Shown one piece after another: positions 22,550-33,256 of a DNA stretch of 64,000 nucleotides. Source of the DNA: an uncultured Phycisphaerales bacterium (GTDB taxonomy: Bacteria > Planctomycetota > Phycisphaerae > Tepidisphaerales > Tepidisphaeraceae); assembly GCA_963755915.1 (NCBI GenBank), contig CAVWLP010000002.1, forward strand, positions 4,096,001-4,160,000, given 5' to 3'. The translations under genes were made by a program, and so were the position numbers. How positions within the stretch are numbered: position 1 is the stretch's first letter; each line of letters starts with the position of its first letter. Under the pieces are notes generated by a model. That model did no database searches, was not told the DNA's origin, and saw nothing but the letters and a program-made list of their open reading frames with translations.

Positions 22550-25267
22550 TCAAACCCGCCGCACAATCACAATCGTCTGATCGTCGTCCGGCTCCAGTTT
22601 CGCTTGCCATTTCTGCACCGCTGAGCGAATCTTCGCGATAATCGCGTCAATCGGCTCCCCACGCGTATTATCGAGAATCTCTTTGATACGTTCGACCGTG
22701 AACATCTCCCCATTCGGCACATGCGCTTCAAAAATCCCGTCGCTGAAGACGATCAGCGATCCGCCTTTCTCGAGATACGCGGACGGAGCAGGCGGGTCCA
22801 TGAAGCATTCGTGCTGAATGCCCAGCGGCAGACCCGTGGAATCGATCATCACCATCTCCCCGGTGGGGGAGGCGCACCAATACATCGGCCCATGCCCGGC
22901 ACTCGACCAGTCCAGTGTTCCATCAGGACTCAGGAACCCCAGAAACGCCGTCACGAACCGGTTCGGCTCCAGATCATTCGCAAGCCGAGAATTCACCCGG
23001 TCCAGCAGCCCCTGCGGATGGTTTTCAAATTCGCACAGAGATCGGCAAAGCGTGCGAACCTGCGAGACGATCATCGCCGGCGCAAGCCCGTGTCCCGACG
23101 CATCCGCCAGAAGCACCGCCAGTCGTCCGTCCTTGAGTTGCCACAAGTCATAACAGTCGCCCCCCGTCACGCTGGCCGTCAGCGCCCACCCATCCGCTTC
23201 CAGCCCCACGATCGTCGGCGGCTTCCGCGGAATCAGCGCCATCTGCACGTTCCGCGCCAAATCCATCTCCTTGCTGATAACGGCCACTTCCAGCGCGATC
23301 CGATTGCGCTCGATTCCCTCGACGATCACGCGGTCCAGCGTCGCCCCGCCCCAGACCACGACCATCGCCACGCTCGGCGCCGCCAGGCCCACCAGCCATT
23401 TATCCCAGTCGAAGACGATGAAACCATTGATCAGCAGATACCCCAACAAAATCCCCGCGACAATCAGCGCCGCCCGCAGCGGTGGAAACCGCCCCTGAAT
23501 CGCCGCCGCCGACATCCCCAGCACAATTGTCAGCACAACCGTCACCCACGACGGCACAAACCTCCACCACCGGCTGTCCAGCACCGCGTTCACGATCACC
23601 CCATGAACGATCACGCCCGGGCACCGCTGAAAAATGCTCGTGCTCACCTGGTCCTGCAACCCGGTCGCCGTAAAACCGATCAGAACGCCTTTGCCCCCGA
23701 TCTGTTCGCCGAGCCATTGCCGCCGGTCCCGCAGTTGAATATCCAGTTGTGTGCTCTGCGCGATCGCCGGCCGCAACACCGCCAACGCGTCGTTCAGGCC
23801 AAGCTTCTGCTCCCGCTCATCGGCTGAGAGCTGCGACGTCGGCGTCTGCGCATATTGGTCCACCCACGGCTGGGCGTCGCTCAAAACCGTTTCCACCATC
23901 TTTTTCCGCGAAGCGACATCCATCGGATCCGGCAACGAAGCCGCATATTTTTTCGCAAGGTCCGGATCCATTCCCAGCTTGTCCAGGATGTCGGAAATCG
24001 CCTGATCGATCGTCGCACTGTTTCGAACGATTTTTGTCTCCGTCGAGCAAATATCCCACACCGCCGCCATGCTGATGTGCCGGTTGGACACGAGGTGAGC
24101 CGGCCAGTCATAAATCGTCTCCCAGTTCCGACCCCCGAACCAGGGAAGCGCCGCGATCAGCGACACATCGCGGCCAATGGCATTGGAATGGAGAATGTAA
24201 GAGGGAATTCGAATCTCCCCCGAAGAGCAGGGGATGACGATCGTTGTGCCCTCAAAACGTACCCGCTGGATATTGGCGCGGAGCATTTCACAGGCGATCG
24301 CCATCCCAAATTGCGGGAAGAGGCGATTGCCTTGCTGGATGAACATGGGCATGTAGCGGACGGTGGTCGTGTCGAAGATGTCAAAATTTGCGAAGGCGCA
24401 GTCCGCGGCGACGTTGCTGAACATGGCCATTGGAACAACGTTGAAGCTCCCGTGCGCGGGAGGGGGCGAGATGGATGGCATCAGCGCGCCAAACCGGAAA
24501 ACGGCCCGCTCCGCCGTCGCCGCCGCGTATTGCTGCAGAAAAAGCCGGTAGACCGGCGGATCCTCAGATGGATCAGTGTGCGGCAGAATTCGCTTTAAAA
24601 GCTGCGCCTCCGTCGCGGCCCCATCGGCGTCAAGCTCACGGTCTATCCGCTGTCTCATCGCGTCCCGCCGCGCCCGCAGATAAAGATCCTCCATCGACGC
24701 CCCTGCCGCAAACGCCGGATCCGAACGCGCCAGCTTCGCCGCGAAATCGCCTTGTGTCAGCTCCAAATCCGAGGCAAGCAGATTGACCGCCGGAGCGTTT
24801 TGCACCGTCCGCGCCCCGGGCGATTCCAGGAGGAACGAGGTTGCCAGCACGGTATTCCCGCACAGTTTCAGCGCATCCGCCAGTTCCGCGTCATGCTCGA
24901 TTTCGCTCAGTTTCCCGTCCGACCCCCGAATCAGTTCCGGCCTTTGCGGCTCGGAGAAAAAGATATCCAGCCCGATAGCGCTGGGAGCGGCGAAGTGAAT
25001 CTCATCGAGCATCCGCGCAAACGTCGCCCGCGGCCAGGGCCACCTCCCCAGCGCATCCGGTGAAACCGACGCATCATCGATATCCAGATGCACGATCCGA
25101 TCGCTCGGCGCCGGCTCGTCAAGCCGGCAATACGTCGCACGCTGATCGTAAAGCCAGTATTCCAGCGATTCGAGCAACCCCACCCACCACACCACCAAAA
25201 CCGCGGACGTAAGGATCGCCCCAATAATCAGGCTGCGAAGAAATATCCTGCGGGCTAAACCGGACAT
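22550..25267 (-). CDS. CHASE2 sensor with three TM helices and a SpoIIE/PP2C phosphatase
   Basis: CHASE2 motifs IVHLDIDD, LGRWPWPR, IGLDIFFSEP and PGVIVH. PP2C motifs GGDCYD, LADASGHG, SAGH, FSDGIFEA and DDQT. Confidence 0.9.
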   Translation of the reverse strand: MSGLARRIFLRSLIIGAILTSAVLVVWWVGLLESLEYWLYDQRATYCRLDEPAPSDRIVHLDIDDASVSPDALGRWPWPRATFARMLDEIHFAAPSAIGLDIFFSEPQRPELIRGSDGKLSEIEHDAELADALKLCGNTVLATSFLLESPGARTVQNAPAVNLLASDLELTQGDFAAKLARSDPAFAAGASMEDLYLRARRDAMRQRIDRELDADGAATEAQLLKRILPHTDPSEDPPVYRLFLQQYAAATAERAVFRFGALMPSISPPPAHGSFNVVPMAMFSNVAADCAFANFDIFDTTTVRYMPMFIQQGNRLFPQFGMAIACEMLRANIQRVRFEGTTIVIPCSSGEIRIPSYILHSNAIGRDVSLIAALPWFGGRNWETIYDWPAHLVSNRHISMAAVWDICSTETKIVRNSATIDQAISDILDKLGMDPDLAKKYAASLPDPMDVASRKKMVETVLSDAQPWVDQYAQTPTSQLSADEREQKLGLNDALAVLRPAIAQSTQLDIQLRDRRQWLGEQIGGKGVLIGFTATGLQDQVSTSIFQRCPGVIVHGVIVNAVLDSRWWRFVPSWVTVVLTIVLGMSAAAIQGRFPPLRAALIVAGILLGYLLINGFIVFDWDKWLVGLAAPSVAMVVVWGGATLDRVIVEGIERNRIALEVAVISKEMDLARNVQMALIPRKPPTIVGLEADGWALTASVTGGDCYDLWQLKDGRLAVLLADASGHGLAPAMIVSQVRTLCRSLCEFENHPQGLLDRVNSRLANDLEPNRFVTAFLGFLSPDGTLDWSSAGHGPMYWCASPTGEMVMIDSTGLPLGIQHECFMDPPAPSAYLEKGGSLIVFSDGIFEAHVPNGEMFTVERIKEILDNTRGEPIDAIIAKIRSAVQKWQAKLEPDDDQTIVIVRRV

Positions 25268-25442
25268 GCGGTGTGAGGCTGAAGACTAAGGAGTTAAAGA
25301 TTAGAGGGTGGTGGCCCATTTTTCCAGTTTTTGTTGGTTCGGGGAAGCCTGCACATTTTTTCAAGCCACACGCGATTGCCCTTAACCACGGATTTCACGG
25401 ATTGCGCGGATAATAAAAAAGATAGACTTCTCTGCGCTCTGG

Positions 25443-25461
25443 GCGTGCTGCGCGGTGAACA
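25443..25461 (+). repeat. 19-bp direct repeat, copy 1 (GCGTGCTGCGCGGTGAACA)
   Basis: 18/19 identical to 26863-26881. Preceded by the nonamer-type repeats CACGGATTT/CACGGATTG near 25385-25411. Confidence 0.7.
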
Positions 25462-25484
25462 TTTCCGCCTCGGTTCCCACGCGC

Positions 25485-25523
25485 AAAATAAAAGGCCGCG
25501 ATGCTGGTTAGCGCATCGCGGCC
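25485..25523 (-). terminator. Rho-independent terminator after the PEP-CTERM gene
   Basis: Perfect 11-bp stem GGCCGCGATGC/GCATCGCGGCC followed by TTTTATTTT on the minus strand. Confidence 0.8.
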
Positions 25524-25558
25524 GCGTCTTGAGAGAGAGTAAAGATCGTGGAACTTTA

Positions 25559-26362
25559 TTACCGCGCCGCTCGACGCTTCAGCAGCAGCAGCGAAGGAAT
25601 TCCCAGCAGCATCGCCGACGTCGGCTCGGGAACATAGGAAGTGGTGAACGTACCGTTGTCGTCAGTAGTCGTGTCCGTGTTTCCGTTCCCGTCCGAGATC
25701 GTCAGGGCTCCGTCGGCCCCGCCGGAGGCGCTATACAGGTCCGGAACGATAACCGGGTTCCCGGTCAGCGGTACCAGGTTCAGCTCGAAGAAATCCTGGT
25801 CACAGGTGACGGGTTTCGGCTCCGTCGCGGTTTTGTCGCTGGCGATCAGGTAGTAGTTGATGTCGTCCACCTGCCCCGTCTCCATCAATTGATCCGGGCT
25901 TCCAACGTCGGTGATCGTGTCCGCCTCACCGTTGCCCGGCGTCTGTTGCACCAGGATGTAGCTCCCGCGGTTGACCCCGTCCGAATCCAGGCACATGACT
26001 TCAAAACTGCTTACTCCAAACGGATCGACTCCGTCCACGCTGAACCCCAGCCCCAGCGGGGCGCTCGGATCCCCTGCCACCGTGGTCGCGAGGTAGAACG
26101 AGTTAGGATCAAACGTATTATCCAGCACGCCCGAAACCGGATAGAAGTCGCTGAGCGTTTCCCCTTCCGGTATATCCGCCGGCGCGTTCGACGGCGTTAT
26201 CACCGGGTCCGTCTCCAGCTTCCAGGTATTGGCGGCCGTCTTTGCAAGTCCGACACTAGTGTTCACCTCGTGAAGCTCGACCTCCAATGCCGCCTGCGCG
26301 GCCGAACCGAGAAAAAAGCAAGATATAACAATAACTGCCCCCATCCGAGATACGAATCGCAT
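25559..26362 (-). CDS. Small acidic PEP-CTERM protein
   Basis: Signal peptide, and C-terminal VPEPTSAMLLGIPSLLLLKRRAAR. Confidence 0.88.
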   Translation of the reverse strand: MRFVSRMGAVIVISCFFLGSAAQAALEVELHEVNTSVGLAKTAANTWKLETDPVITPSNAPADIPEGETLSDFYPVSGVLDNTFDPNSFYLATTVAGDPSAPLGLGFSVDGVDPFGVSSFEVMCLDSDGVNRGSYILVQQTPGNGEADTITDVGSPDQLMETGQVDDINYYLIASDKTATEPKPVTCDQDFFELNLVPLTGNPVIVPDLYSASGGADGALTISDGNGNTDTTTDDNGTFTTSYVPEPTSAMLLGIPSLLLLKRRAAR

Positions 26363-26756
26363 TGTGCTCTCCCAAGACGTTCAACACACACAAGTCCACA
26401 CCGAACAAGAGTTAATCTACGGGAGAACCCAGGGCGAGCAAGAACAAACTCAACAAAATTTACGGAATTTTGCTTCGTCGTTTACGTCACATCGCTGCTA
26501 GAAAAACGACGACATCCGCCGGCATTGAGAAAGGATGCACTTTCGCTCCAAATCGAAATGACTAGCAACCCCGGACAGCAATATTGTTGAATTGGGCGCG
26601 GTCGAGCCCCCAAAGCTCATCCCACCGCCCGCTTCGCTGGAGAACGCGGAGAAAATTCAAAAGCGTTTCGCGCCGAGCCGCCCAGGCGCGGAGAGAGCCA
26701 GGATTCAAGATTCCTCTCTGTCCACCGGTGGGTCAGTTTGATCCCCGAACGCCCAC

Positions 26757-26782
26757 GGACTTCGGTGAGCTCAGTCGAACCG
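26757..26782 (+). repeat. Short imperfect palindromic repeat GGACTTCGGTGAGCTCAGTCGAACCG
   Basis: 24/26 identical to the reverse complement of 46161-46186. Confidence 0.75.
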
Positions 26783-26862
26783 CGCCGCCGTGGGGAATTG
26801 AAAAGTCGCTACCGCGCCTCCGCGCAAACCAGCGTTTCATCAAAGCTAAATTCTTATCTTCC

Positions 26863-26881
26863 GCGTGCTCCGCGGTGAACA
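26863..26881 (+). repeat. 19-bp direct repeat, copy 2
   Basis: GCGTGCTCCGCGGTGAACA, matching 25443-25461. Confidence 0.7.
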
Positions 26882-26888
26882 ATCCGCC

Positions 26889-28263
26889 CTAGCGCCGAGC
26901 CGACCGCAACCCGATCGCCAGCGCATGTGCCGCCGGAACCAGCGAAGCGTTCACTCCCGGTGGATTGATCCCCGGATTCGGATTACCCGCAGGATCATCC
27001 GGCGTGATCTCATCAAGAATCGGCTGGTCCGGAATCGCCGCCAGCGACCCATAAAACTGGCCAGGCCCAATCGTCCGCGTTTCCTGCGTGCTCTTGATCA
27101 GCGTCACCCCATCGCTCGCGAAATAAAACATCTCGACCGGCTGGCCATTGTCATAAACGTCGAACGTGAACGACGTCGGAACGCCTGAGATAAACTGCGC
27201 CCCGATGCCATACAAACCGTTCGGATGAGACCCAAGCCAATACGCGACTTCCTCGCCCCCAGACGGCCCACCGAGATCCTCATACGGGATATGCCCGCCG
27301 CTCGGCGAATTCTGTAGCCCATATCCTGGGTAAAGGAACTCAACCTTCTGGAATCCATTGAGAATATTCTGCAGCGGATCGCCCGGATCGACGCCCACCT
27401 CCAGGGCAAGCTCCGCATCCCCGGTCCAGCGAAGGACGAAATCGAGCGTGCCCGGCACTGATGCCGGAAGTTCCGAATCGTAAGACGGCCGCCCGCCCGA
27501 AACCGTTGTGATTCCCGCGACCGGGTTGTATCCGATCACCGCCCCGCGCGCCACTTCCGTCTGAAGCAGCGATTGATCGGTCGCATCGAGTGAAGCCGCA
27601 TACTTCGGATCGACCACCGAGTCGTCATACGCCGTCTGCGCGCCCCATCCGTTCCACCATTCGCCTTGACGTACGTTCCCCCTTTGCTGCCCACCGAAAC
27701 CGTGTGATGGTAATTCGTAAATCGCGCCCGGCCCGTGTAGCTGATCGCATACGGCGTAAACGGCGCCTGGTCGTACAACACCACATTCGTCCCGCGCACC
27801 GCCAGCGTGCTGCTCGGGCTTGTAATCGTCGATTCGTGTTCCAGTCCCGCACTCTCAATATCGTAATGCGTCCGCCCGTACGGCATGATCAGATGAGTCG
27901 TAACTTTATTTCCCTCGCGCAGCGCGTCCTGCACCCGGATCGTCCCCAGCCGGTCCAGCGTGAACGTCTGGTCCGGCGGAATCACGCAAGTGATCGCGCT
28001 ATGAGGACCCGTTCGCAACTCCGCCCCCTCGGAAAGAACCATCTGCGGGCGAGCCACAATCCACGGCTGATCGTCGGCCGTGCGAATCTGCACCAATCCC
28101 TTTACTGCAACCACGGTAAGCTCCATCGGCCCATTCCCCCCGGCTGCGAAGCCGCCGGAGATGTAGCCGCGGAATCATCGGCACGCGTATATCCAGCGAA
28201 GCCCAGCGAAACGCACGCGGCAATCAGAAGAGCTCTACCGAAACCGAAGCGATTGGGTGACAT
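26889..28263 (-). CDS. Secreted FecR-domain protein (frameshifts near 28138 and 27642)
   Basis: Signal peptide from ATG 28263. FecR-like VKGLVQIR, LSEGAELRTG and TITSPSSTLAVRGT. The C-terminal domain is unassigned. Confidence 0.75.
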
Positions 28264-28298
28264 GCAAACCTTCCTTCCACATCCCCCATGGATTTGAC

Positions 28299-28850
28299 CT
28301 ATTTAATATATACGTCGGCTGCCACGGGTTGTTGGAAATCATCCATTTTTCCGATGACCCCCACAAATTCCGTCCCGCTGAAGGTTTGCTGCGGGCTGCT
28401 GGGCGGATAAATCCCCATATACACCAGCTCCCGCACCGCATATCTCGGCACAGGGCCGAAGATGTGCATCACCCACCCCCCCTTGATGTCCAGTACCTTG
28501 CAAATAATGACCGCCAGGTCACCTCTGCGGATCGCGTCGTCCGCCGTATGATCAAAGCCGCTGTAAAGCAGTTCCCGCGCCTTAAGTGTCGCCACCCGCT
28601 TGTCATACGTCCCCGCATCGTCGCGCCCATCCGTGTACAGCAGAATCGCATGAAACGCGTCGTCATTGCTGGTCAGCCGGCGGTTCGCCAGCTCGTGCCA
28701 GAAATTCATCTGCGAATCCGCGTCGTTTCCCGAATACTGCGCCAGTACTGGATTATGGACATGCGCCGTCTGGCACCCCGTGCAAAAAAGCGCCAGCGCA
28801 CACAAAGCAAGCGCCCCACATCCGAAGGAAATGGTTGGTTTAGAATGCAA
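28299..28850 (-). CDS. Hypothetical lipoprotein
   Basis: Hydrophobic stretch followed by the lipobox-like FCTGC. Start uncertain (TTG 28850 or 28895). Confidence 0.7.
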   Translation of the reverse strand: MHSKPTISFGCGALALCALALFCTGCQTAHVHNPVLAQYSGNDADSQMNFWHELANRRLTSNDDAFHAILLYTDGRDDAGTYDKRVATLKARELLYSGFDHTADDAIRRGDLAVIICKVLDIKGGWVMHIFGPVPRYAVRELVYMGIYPPSSPQQTFSGTEFVGVIGKMDDFQQPVAADVYIK

Positions 28851-30303
28851 AGACCGCTCCAGTATAAACAAACTGCCGAGCTTCGTCGTCGGCAAACGCC
28901 TTTGAGTTCGGCATGAACACGCCGTACCGGAACGTCAGCGTGATGTCGCTGGCGATTTCGTAGTTAATGTAAAAATCCGGCTCCCACCCAAGATACGTCA
29001 CATTGTTCGTCGGCTCATCGATCGGGGCCTGCGCACTGGTCTTGTTAAACCAGTAAACGTCCATCCCCACCTGCAACTTGCGAAACGTATCAACCTGCGC
29101 CAGCGGAAACGTCGAAGCCCCCACTCGCATAACAGCCAGATTCGACACCGGCGCCCCAAACGCCAGCCCCGTCGATACCAGCCCAAATCCGTTAAACGCC
29201 CGATCGGCCGTAAATGGGGCGATGCCATTGAATGTCGTGTTCGTCAGCCCCCGATTCGGGTCCCCCGTCGCCACGATCCCTTCCAGCGAGATTCGGCTGT
29301 TATGCTCGTCCTGCGCCAGGTAATCCAGCTTCGCATCCCCCGCCCACGCATCGATGTTGTCTTTGAACTGCTCCAACTGGACAAGCTGAAACCCCTGCAC
29401 CTGCGAGCTGTTAGACAGCGTATTCCCGCATTCAAAATCCCCTTCGACGCCGTAGCGAAGATGGTCGCTCAGTGTGCCCGTCGATCCGAACCCGATGTAA
29501 TCGCTGTTATACGCGTAGCGGGTGGCGATCCCGCCGACGACGGAAAGGTTCGAACTGTTGTTGTCGCGCTGCACGATTCCGAAGACGTAGGGGTGATTGG
29601 ACCCGACGGTGGCACTCAGCATGCCCCCGTAGAAGTAGCGCTTGGTGTTATAGTCGTATCCCGGTCGGTCAACCATGATATCGACGGTGCGAAGAGGCGT
29701 GATGCCCGCCACGGTCGAAAGCGTCAGCGGCCCCCACGAAAATGTGGGGGTGATCCCATCCACCACCTCCGCCATCGCCAGCCCGTTCCCCCAATAAACC
29801 AGGTTGCGCCCCCCTTCAAAATTCACGTCGTAATTAACCGTCTTTCCGTCGTACGACTCCAGATATTTCGCCAGGTCGAACCGGTAATACGCTCGATCAA
29901 AATCCGGGTCTATCAGTCGGCTCCCGAACCCGTCAAAGCTCCCGCCCGGATTGTACTGGTTATATTCCGTGCTCACGCGCATGAAGATTTCGTTGGCCGC
30001 ATCCAGATTAACCCGCAGATATCCCACCAACTGATACTGCCACAGCGTGTGATTGACGTTGTTCTCATCATCCACCGAGTAATACTGCGGCGAGAAATAC
30101 CCCCCATAATCGATCAACATCCGCTGATCCGGCGGAATCTCCGTGTTCGCCAAAAATCGGCTATCCAATTCGATTTCCTGGAGCTGCTGCATCTGCTGCT
30201 GGAGCTGCACCTGCCGCGGCGAAACATTCTGCGCAAAGGCTGTGGGGAGAGCGATAAACAGGGCCATCAGGCCCGGCAATAAGATTGATTTCCGCACCGG
30301 CAC
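28840..30303 (-). CDS. Outer-membrane beta-barrel protein (alginate-export-like)
   Basis: Signal peptide, alternating amphipathic strands rich in Y/F/G, LGWEPDFYINY, and a terminal Phe (VYTGAVFAF). Confidence 0.75.
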   Translation of the reverse strand: MPVRKSILLPGLMALFIALPTAFAQNVSPRQVQLQQQMQQLQEIELDSRFLANTEIPPDQRMLIDYGGYFSPQYYSVDDENNVNHTLWQYQLVGYLRVNLDAANEIFMRVSTEYNQYNPGGSFDGFGSRLIDPDFDRAYYRFDLAKYLESYDGKTVNYDVNFEGGRNLVYWGNGLAMAEVVDGITPTFSWGPLTLSTVAGITPLRTVDIMVDRPGYDYNTKRYFYGGMLSATVGSNHPYVFGIVQRDNNSSNLSVVGGIATRYAYNSDYIGFGSTGTLSDHLRYGVEGDFECGNTLSNSSQVQGFQLVQLEQFKDNIDAWAGDAKLDYLAQDEHNSRISLEGIVATGDPNRGLTNTTFNGIAPFTADRAFNGFGLVSTGLAFGAPVSNLAVMRVGASTFPLAQVDTFRKLQVGMDVYWFNKTSAQAPIDEPTNNVTYLGWEPDFYINYEIASDITLTFRYGVFMPNSKAFADDEARQFVYTGAVFAF

Positions 30304-30498
30304 ATCCTCGCGATGTAGAGTGACCGTACAAAGTGAGCGGGAAAACCCGCAGCCCGGTCAGTCTTCAGCCCCTGAAAAACGGCAGTACCTCGGCAAGATA
30401 TCCATATAGTGGAATTCATTGCAAGTTCATGTGGCGCAAGTGTCAGGCGTCGCAAACGAACCACTCGGTTATGATGGTCCGGCAATCGAGACGATCGG

Positions 30499-32376
30499 AT
30501 GGAAACCCCCATCGAACCAACACTGAAATTGGCCATCCAGCACCACAAGGCCGGCCGTCTGGCCGAGGCCGAGAGGCTCTACCGCCACATTCTCGCCCAG
30601 AACCCCAATCACCCCGAAGCCCTGAACCTCCTCGGCGTCATCGCCCAGCAGGTTGGCCAGGTCGACGCGGCCATTCAGCTTTACCAACAGTCAATTCGCG
30701 CCCATCCAACAGCGGCGTGTTTCATCAACCTGGGCGTCGCCCTCTTCTCAACCGGCAAGACGTCCGACGCCATCGCCGCCTATCGCGAGGCCCTCCGCCT
30801 CGAACCGGCAATGGCCGTGGCCCATAACAATCTCTCTATTGCGCTTTGCCAATCCGGCCAGGCCCAGGAAGCCACTGCTGAAGCACGCGAGGCCATTCGC
30901 CTCGATCCACATTACCCTGAAGCGTTCAACAGTCTCGGCAACGCGCTGGAGGAAACCGGCTCCCTCGACGAAGCGATAGCGGCCTATGGTAAGGCGGTCG
31001 AATTACGTCCGGACTACGCCGCGGCACATTGCAATCTAGGTAGCCCATGCAAAGCCGTCGGATTGCTCGACGCCGCGATTGCGGAGTTCCAGGCCGCCAT
31101 CCGAATCGAGCCGCACGTTTCTGGATATCACCATAATTTTCTAAACACCATCCATTTCCACCCGGATTACAGCGCCGGGCAGATTTTGGACGAATGCAGA
31201 AAATGGGCCCGGCAATCTGAAGAGCCGCTGGCGAAGCAGATCGAGCCCTGGACCAATGATCGCTCGCTCAGCCGTCCCCTGCGCATTGGTTATGTCTCCG
31301 CCGATCTTCACGGCAAACATCCCATCGGGCGGATCGTAAATCCGATCTTCGCTTCTCATAACAAACAGGATTTCGAGATTTTTTGCTATTCCGTTGCTTA
31401 CAGAACCGACGAGACAACCGCGAAAATCAAATCATCAGTCATGGCCTGGCGCGACGCGACCGCAATGACCGATGCGCAACTGGCCGGAATGATCCGCCAG
31501 GACCGCATCGATGTCCTGGTGGATTTGTCCCTGCACACGCTGGGAAACCGCCTGCTGGTCTTCGCCCGCCGGCCCGCCCCGGTGCAGGCAACGTGGCTCG
31601 GCTATCCTGGCACCACCGGCCTCAGTTCAATCCAATATCGCCTCACCGATCCCATCCTCGATCCCCCCTTAGATCTCCCCGGATCCGGCGACGAACTGTA
31701 CGCCGAAAAATCCCTCCGCCTCCCGCACTCCTTCTGGTGCTACGCCCCAGCCGGCGAAAACGAACCCATAAATCCCTTGCCGGCCCTCGATGCCGGCTCT
31801 ATCACCTTCGGCTGCTTCAGCAGTTTCGCCAAGGTCACCAAACCCACGATCGCCCTCTGGATCGAAACGCTGAGCGCCGTCCCAAACAGCCGCTTCCTGA
31901 TCCTCTGCCCGCGCGGCAACCACCGCCAGCGACTCCTGAAAACCTTCGCCTCGAGCGGCATTTCCCCCGACCGTGTCGAACTCATCGATTCCGCGCCGCT
32001 TCCCCAGTACATGCGCAATTACCACCGCGTCGATTTCTGCCTCGACACCCACCCCTATCCCGGCCACACCACCACCTGCGACGCTCTCTGGATGGGCGTC
32101 CCGACGGTCACCCTCCGCGGCCAAACCGCCGTCGCCCGCGGCGGAGCAAGTATTCTCACGAACGTCGGTCTGACTGAATGGATCGCGAGTTCGCCTCGTC
32201 AATACGTTGAGATTGCCACCGCCATGGCCGCCGACCCCAACCGCCTCGCGCGCCTGCGCTCCGAATTGCGCCATCGGCTCCGCAATTCTCCGCTGATGAA
32301 CTGGAAACAATTCGCCGCCGATCTCGAGTCGGCCTATCGCCAAATGTGGCAAACCTGGATCGCCCATGCCCATTGA
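30499..32376 (+). CDS. TPR protein with O-GlcNAc transferase (SPINDLY/GT41-like) domain
   Basis: N-terminal TPRs, then LRIGYVSADL, RRPAPVQATWLGYPGTTG and LDTHPYPGHTTTCDALWMGVP. Confidence 0.9.
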   Translation: METPIEPTLKLAIQHHKAGRLAEAERLYRHILAQNPNHPEALNLLGVIAQQVGQVDAAIQLYQQSIRAHPTAACFINLGVALFSTGKTSDAIAAYREALRLEPAMAVAHNNLSIALCQSGQAQEATAEAREAIRLDPHYPEAFNSLGNALEETGSLDEAIAAYGKAVELRPDYAAAHCNLGSPCKAVGLLDAAIAEFQAAIRIEPHVSGYHHNFLNTIHFHPDYSAGQILDECRKWARQSEEPLAKQIEPWTNDRSLSRPLRIGYVSADLHGKHPIGRIVNPIFASHNKQDFEIFCYSVAYRTDETTAKIKSSVMAWRDATAMTDAQLAGMIRQDRIDVLVDLSLHTLGNRLLVFARRPAPVQATWLGYPGTTGLSSIQYRLTDPILDPPLDLPGSGDELYAEKSLRLPHSFWCYAPAGENEPINPLPALDAGSITFGCFSSFAKVTKPTIALWIETLSAVPNSRFLILCPRGNHRQRLLKTFASSGISPDRVELIDSAPLPQYMRNYHRVDFCLDTHPYPGHTTTCDALWMGVPTVTLRGQTAVARGGASILTNVGLTEWIASSPRQYVEIATAMAADPNRLARLRSELRHRLRNSPLMNWKQFAADLESAYRQMWQTWIAHAH

Positions 32377-33256
32377 CCTGGAAATCGACCGCTACTGTAT
32401 CGGCTGCGGCTACAACATCCGCGGCCTCACCAGCGATCGCTGCCCGGAATGCGGTCTCCAAACCGCCGCCGGAGAAGGATCGGCCATCCCCTGGGAGGGG
32501 CGGAAAGACCTTGGCCTGCGACGGGCCTTCGAGCGCACGGCCTGGATAGGCGCGTTTCGAGCAAAGAGATTGGCGGATGCCAGGGCTTTTCCCGTCGATG
32601 CCAAATCCGCCTTTCGGTTTCGATTGCTCGTCGCCACTCTGGCGGCGCTTCCCCCTGCGATTTTGCTCTGGATCGCAATCGCAGTTCAGGGAGGAACGGG
32701 GTTTCTAAGCGTCTGGACGGTAGGGCAGCCAGGCAGGCCTCTCCCGCTCGCGCTCTACGCTGGGGCCTGGGAAGCTCCGGTCCTCTGGTCGGCAGGAGCA
32801 ACCCGGCTCGTGGTCTTGCCGATCGGATTGTTTTTGACCATCTATCTGATAACAGCAGCCCCGCGGCTCTGGTTTGGGTCGGGAAATGATGCCTCCCTGC
32901 GGAAGCGCGCCGCCGATTTGAGTGCATATCTATTCTCCCCGCTGATCGCCCTGATCATTCCGACCCTGGCCGCGGCCCTGGCTTGGCAGACAAACGATCC
33001 GACTTCTTCCAGATATTGGCCGATTCAGTCCACGGCGATTCTCGTCGTCTGGGTGGGCACTTGGCTGATCGTCTTGCTTTGCCTCGTAAATTCCGCGCGA
33101 TTCGTGGCGGCCGTATGCCACTGCGGATCGGCTGGCGCGATTTGGCGAGGCGCCGGAATAGCGCTCGTGTGGTTACTGGCCGTGGCAATCGGGCTGGGAT
33201 TATTTCCGATGCTCGCGGGGTTGATCTGGTTGATGTTCGACAGTCTGCGCTGGTGA
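32366..33256 (+). CDS. Hypothetical membrane protein with N-terminal zinc ribbon
   Basis: CIGCGYNIRGL-x4-CPECG followed by about 5 TM segments. Overlaps the upstream stop codon. Confidence 0.75.
   Translation: MPIDLEIDRYCIGCGYNIRGLTSDRCPECGLQTAAGEGSAIPWEGRKDLGLRRAFERTAWIGAFRAKRLADARAFPVDAKSAFRFRLLVATLAALPPAILLWIAIAVQGGTGFLSVWTVGQPGRPLPLALYAGAWEAPVLWSAGATRLVVLPIGLFLTIYLITAAPRLWFGSGNDASLRKRAADLSAYLFSPLIALIIPTLAAALAWQTNDPTSSRYWPIQSTAILVVWVGTWLIVLLCLVNSARFVAAVCHCGSAGAIWRGAGIALVWLLAVAIGLGLFPMLAGLIWLMFDSLRW

Noticed and set aside
25331-26590. 419-aa plus-strand ORF over the PEP-CTERM gene
   Set aside because: It is an Arg-rich antisense shadow. The minus-strand gene has a signal peptide, a sorting motif and a terminator.
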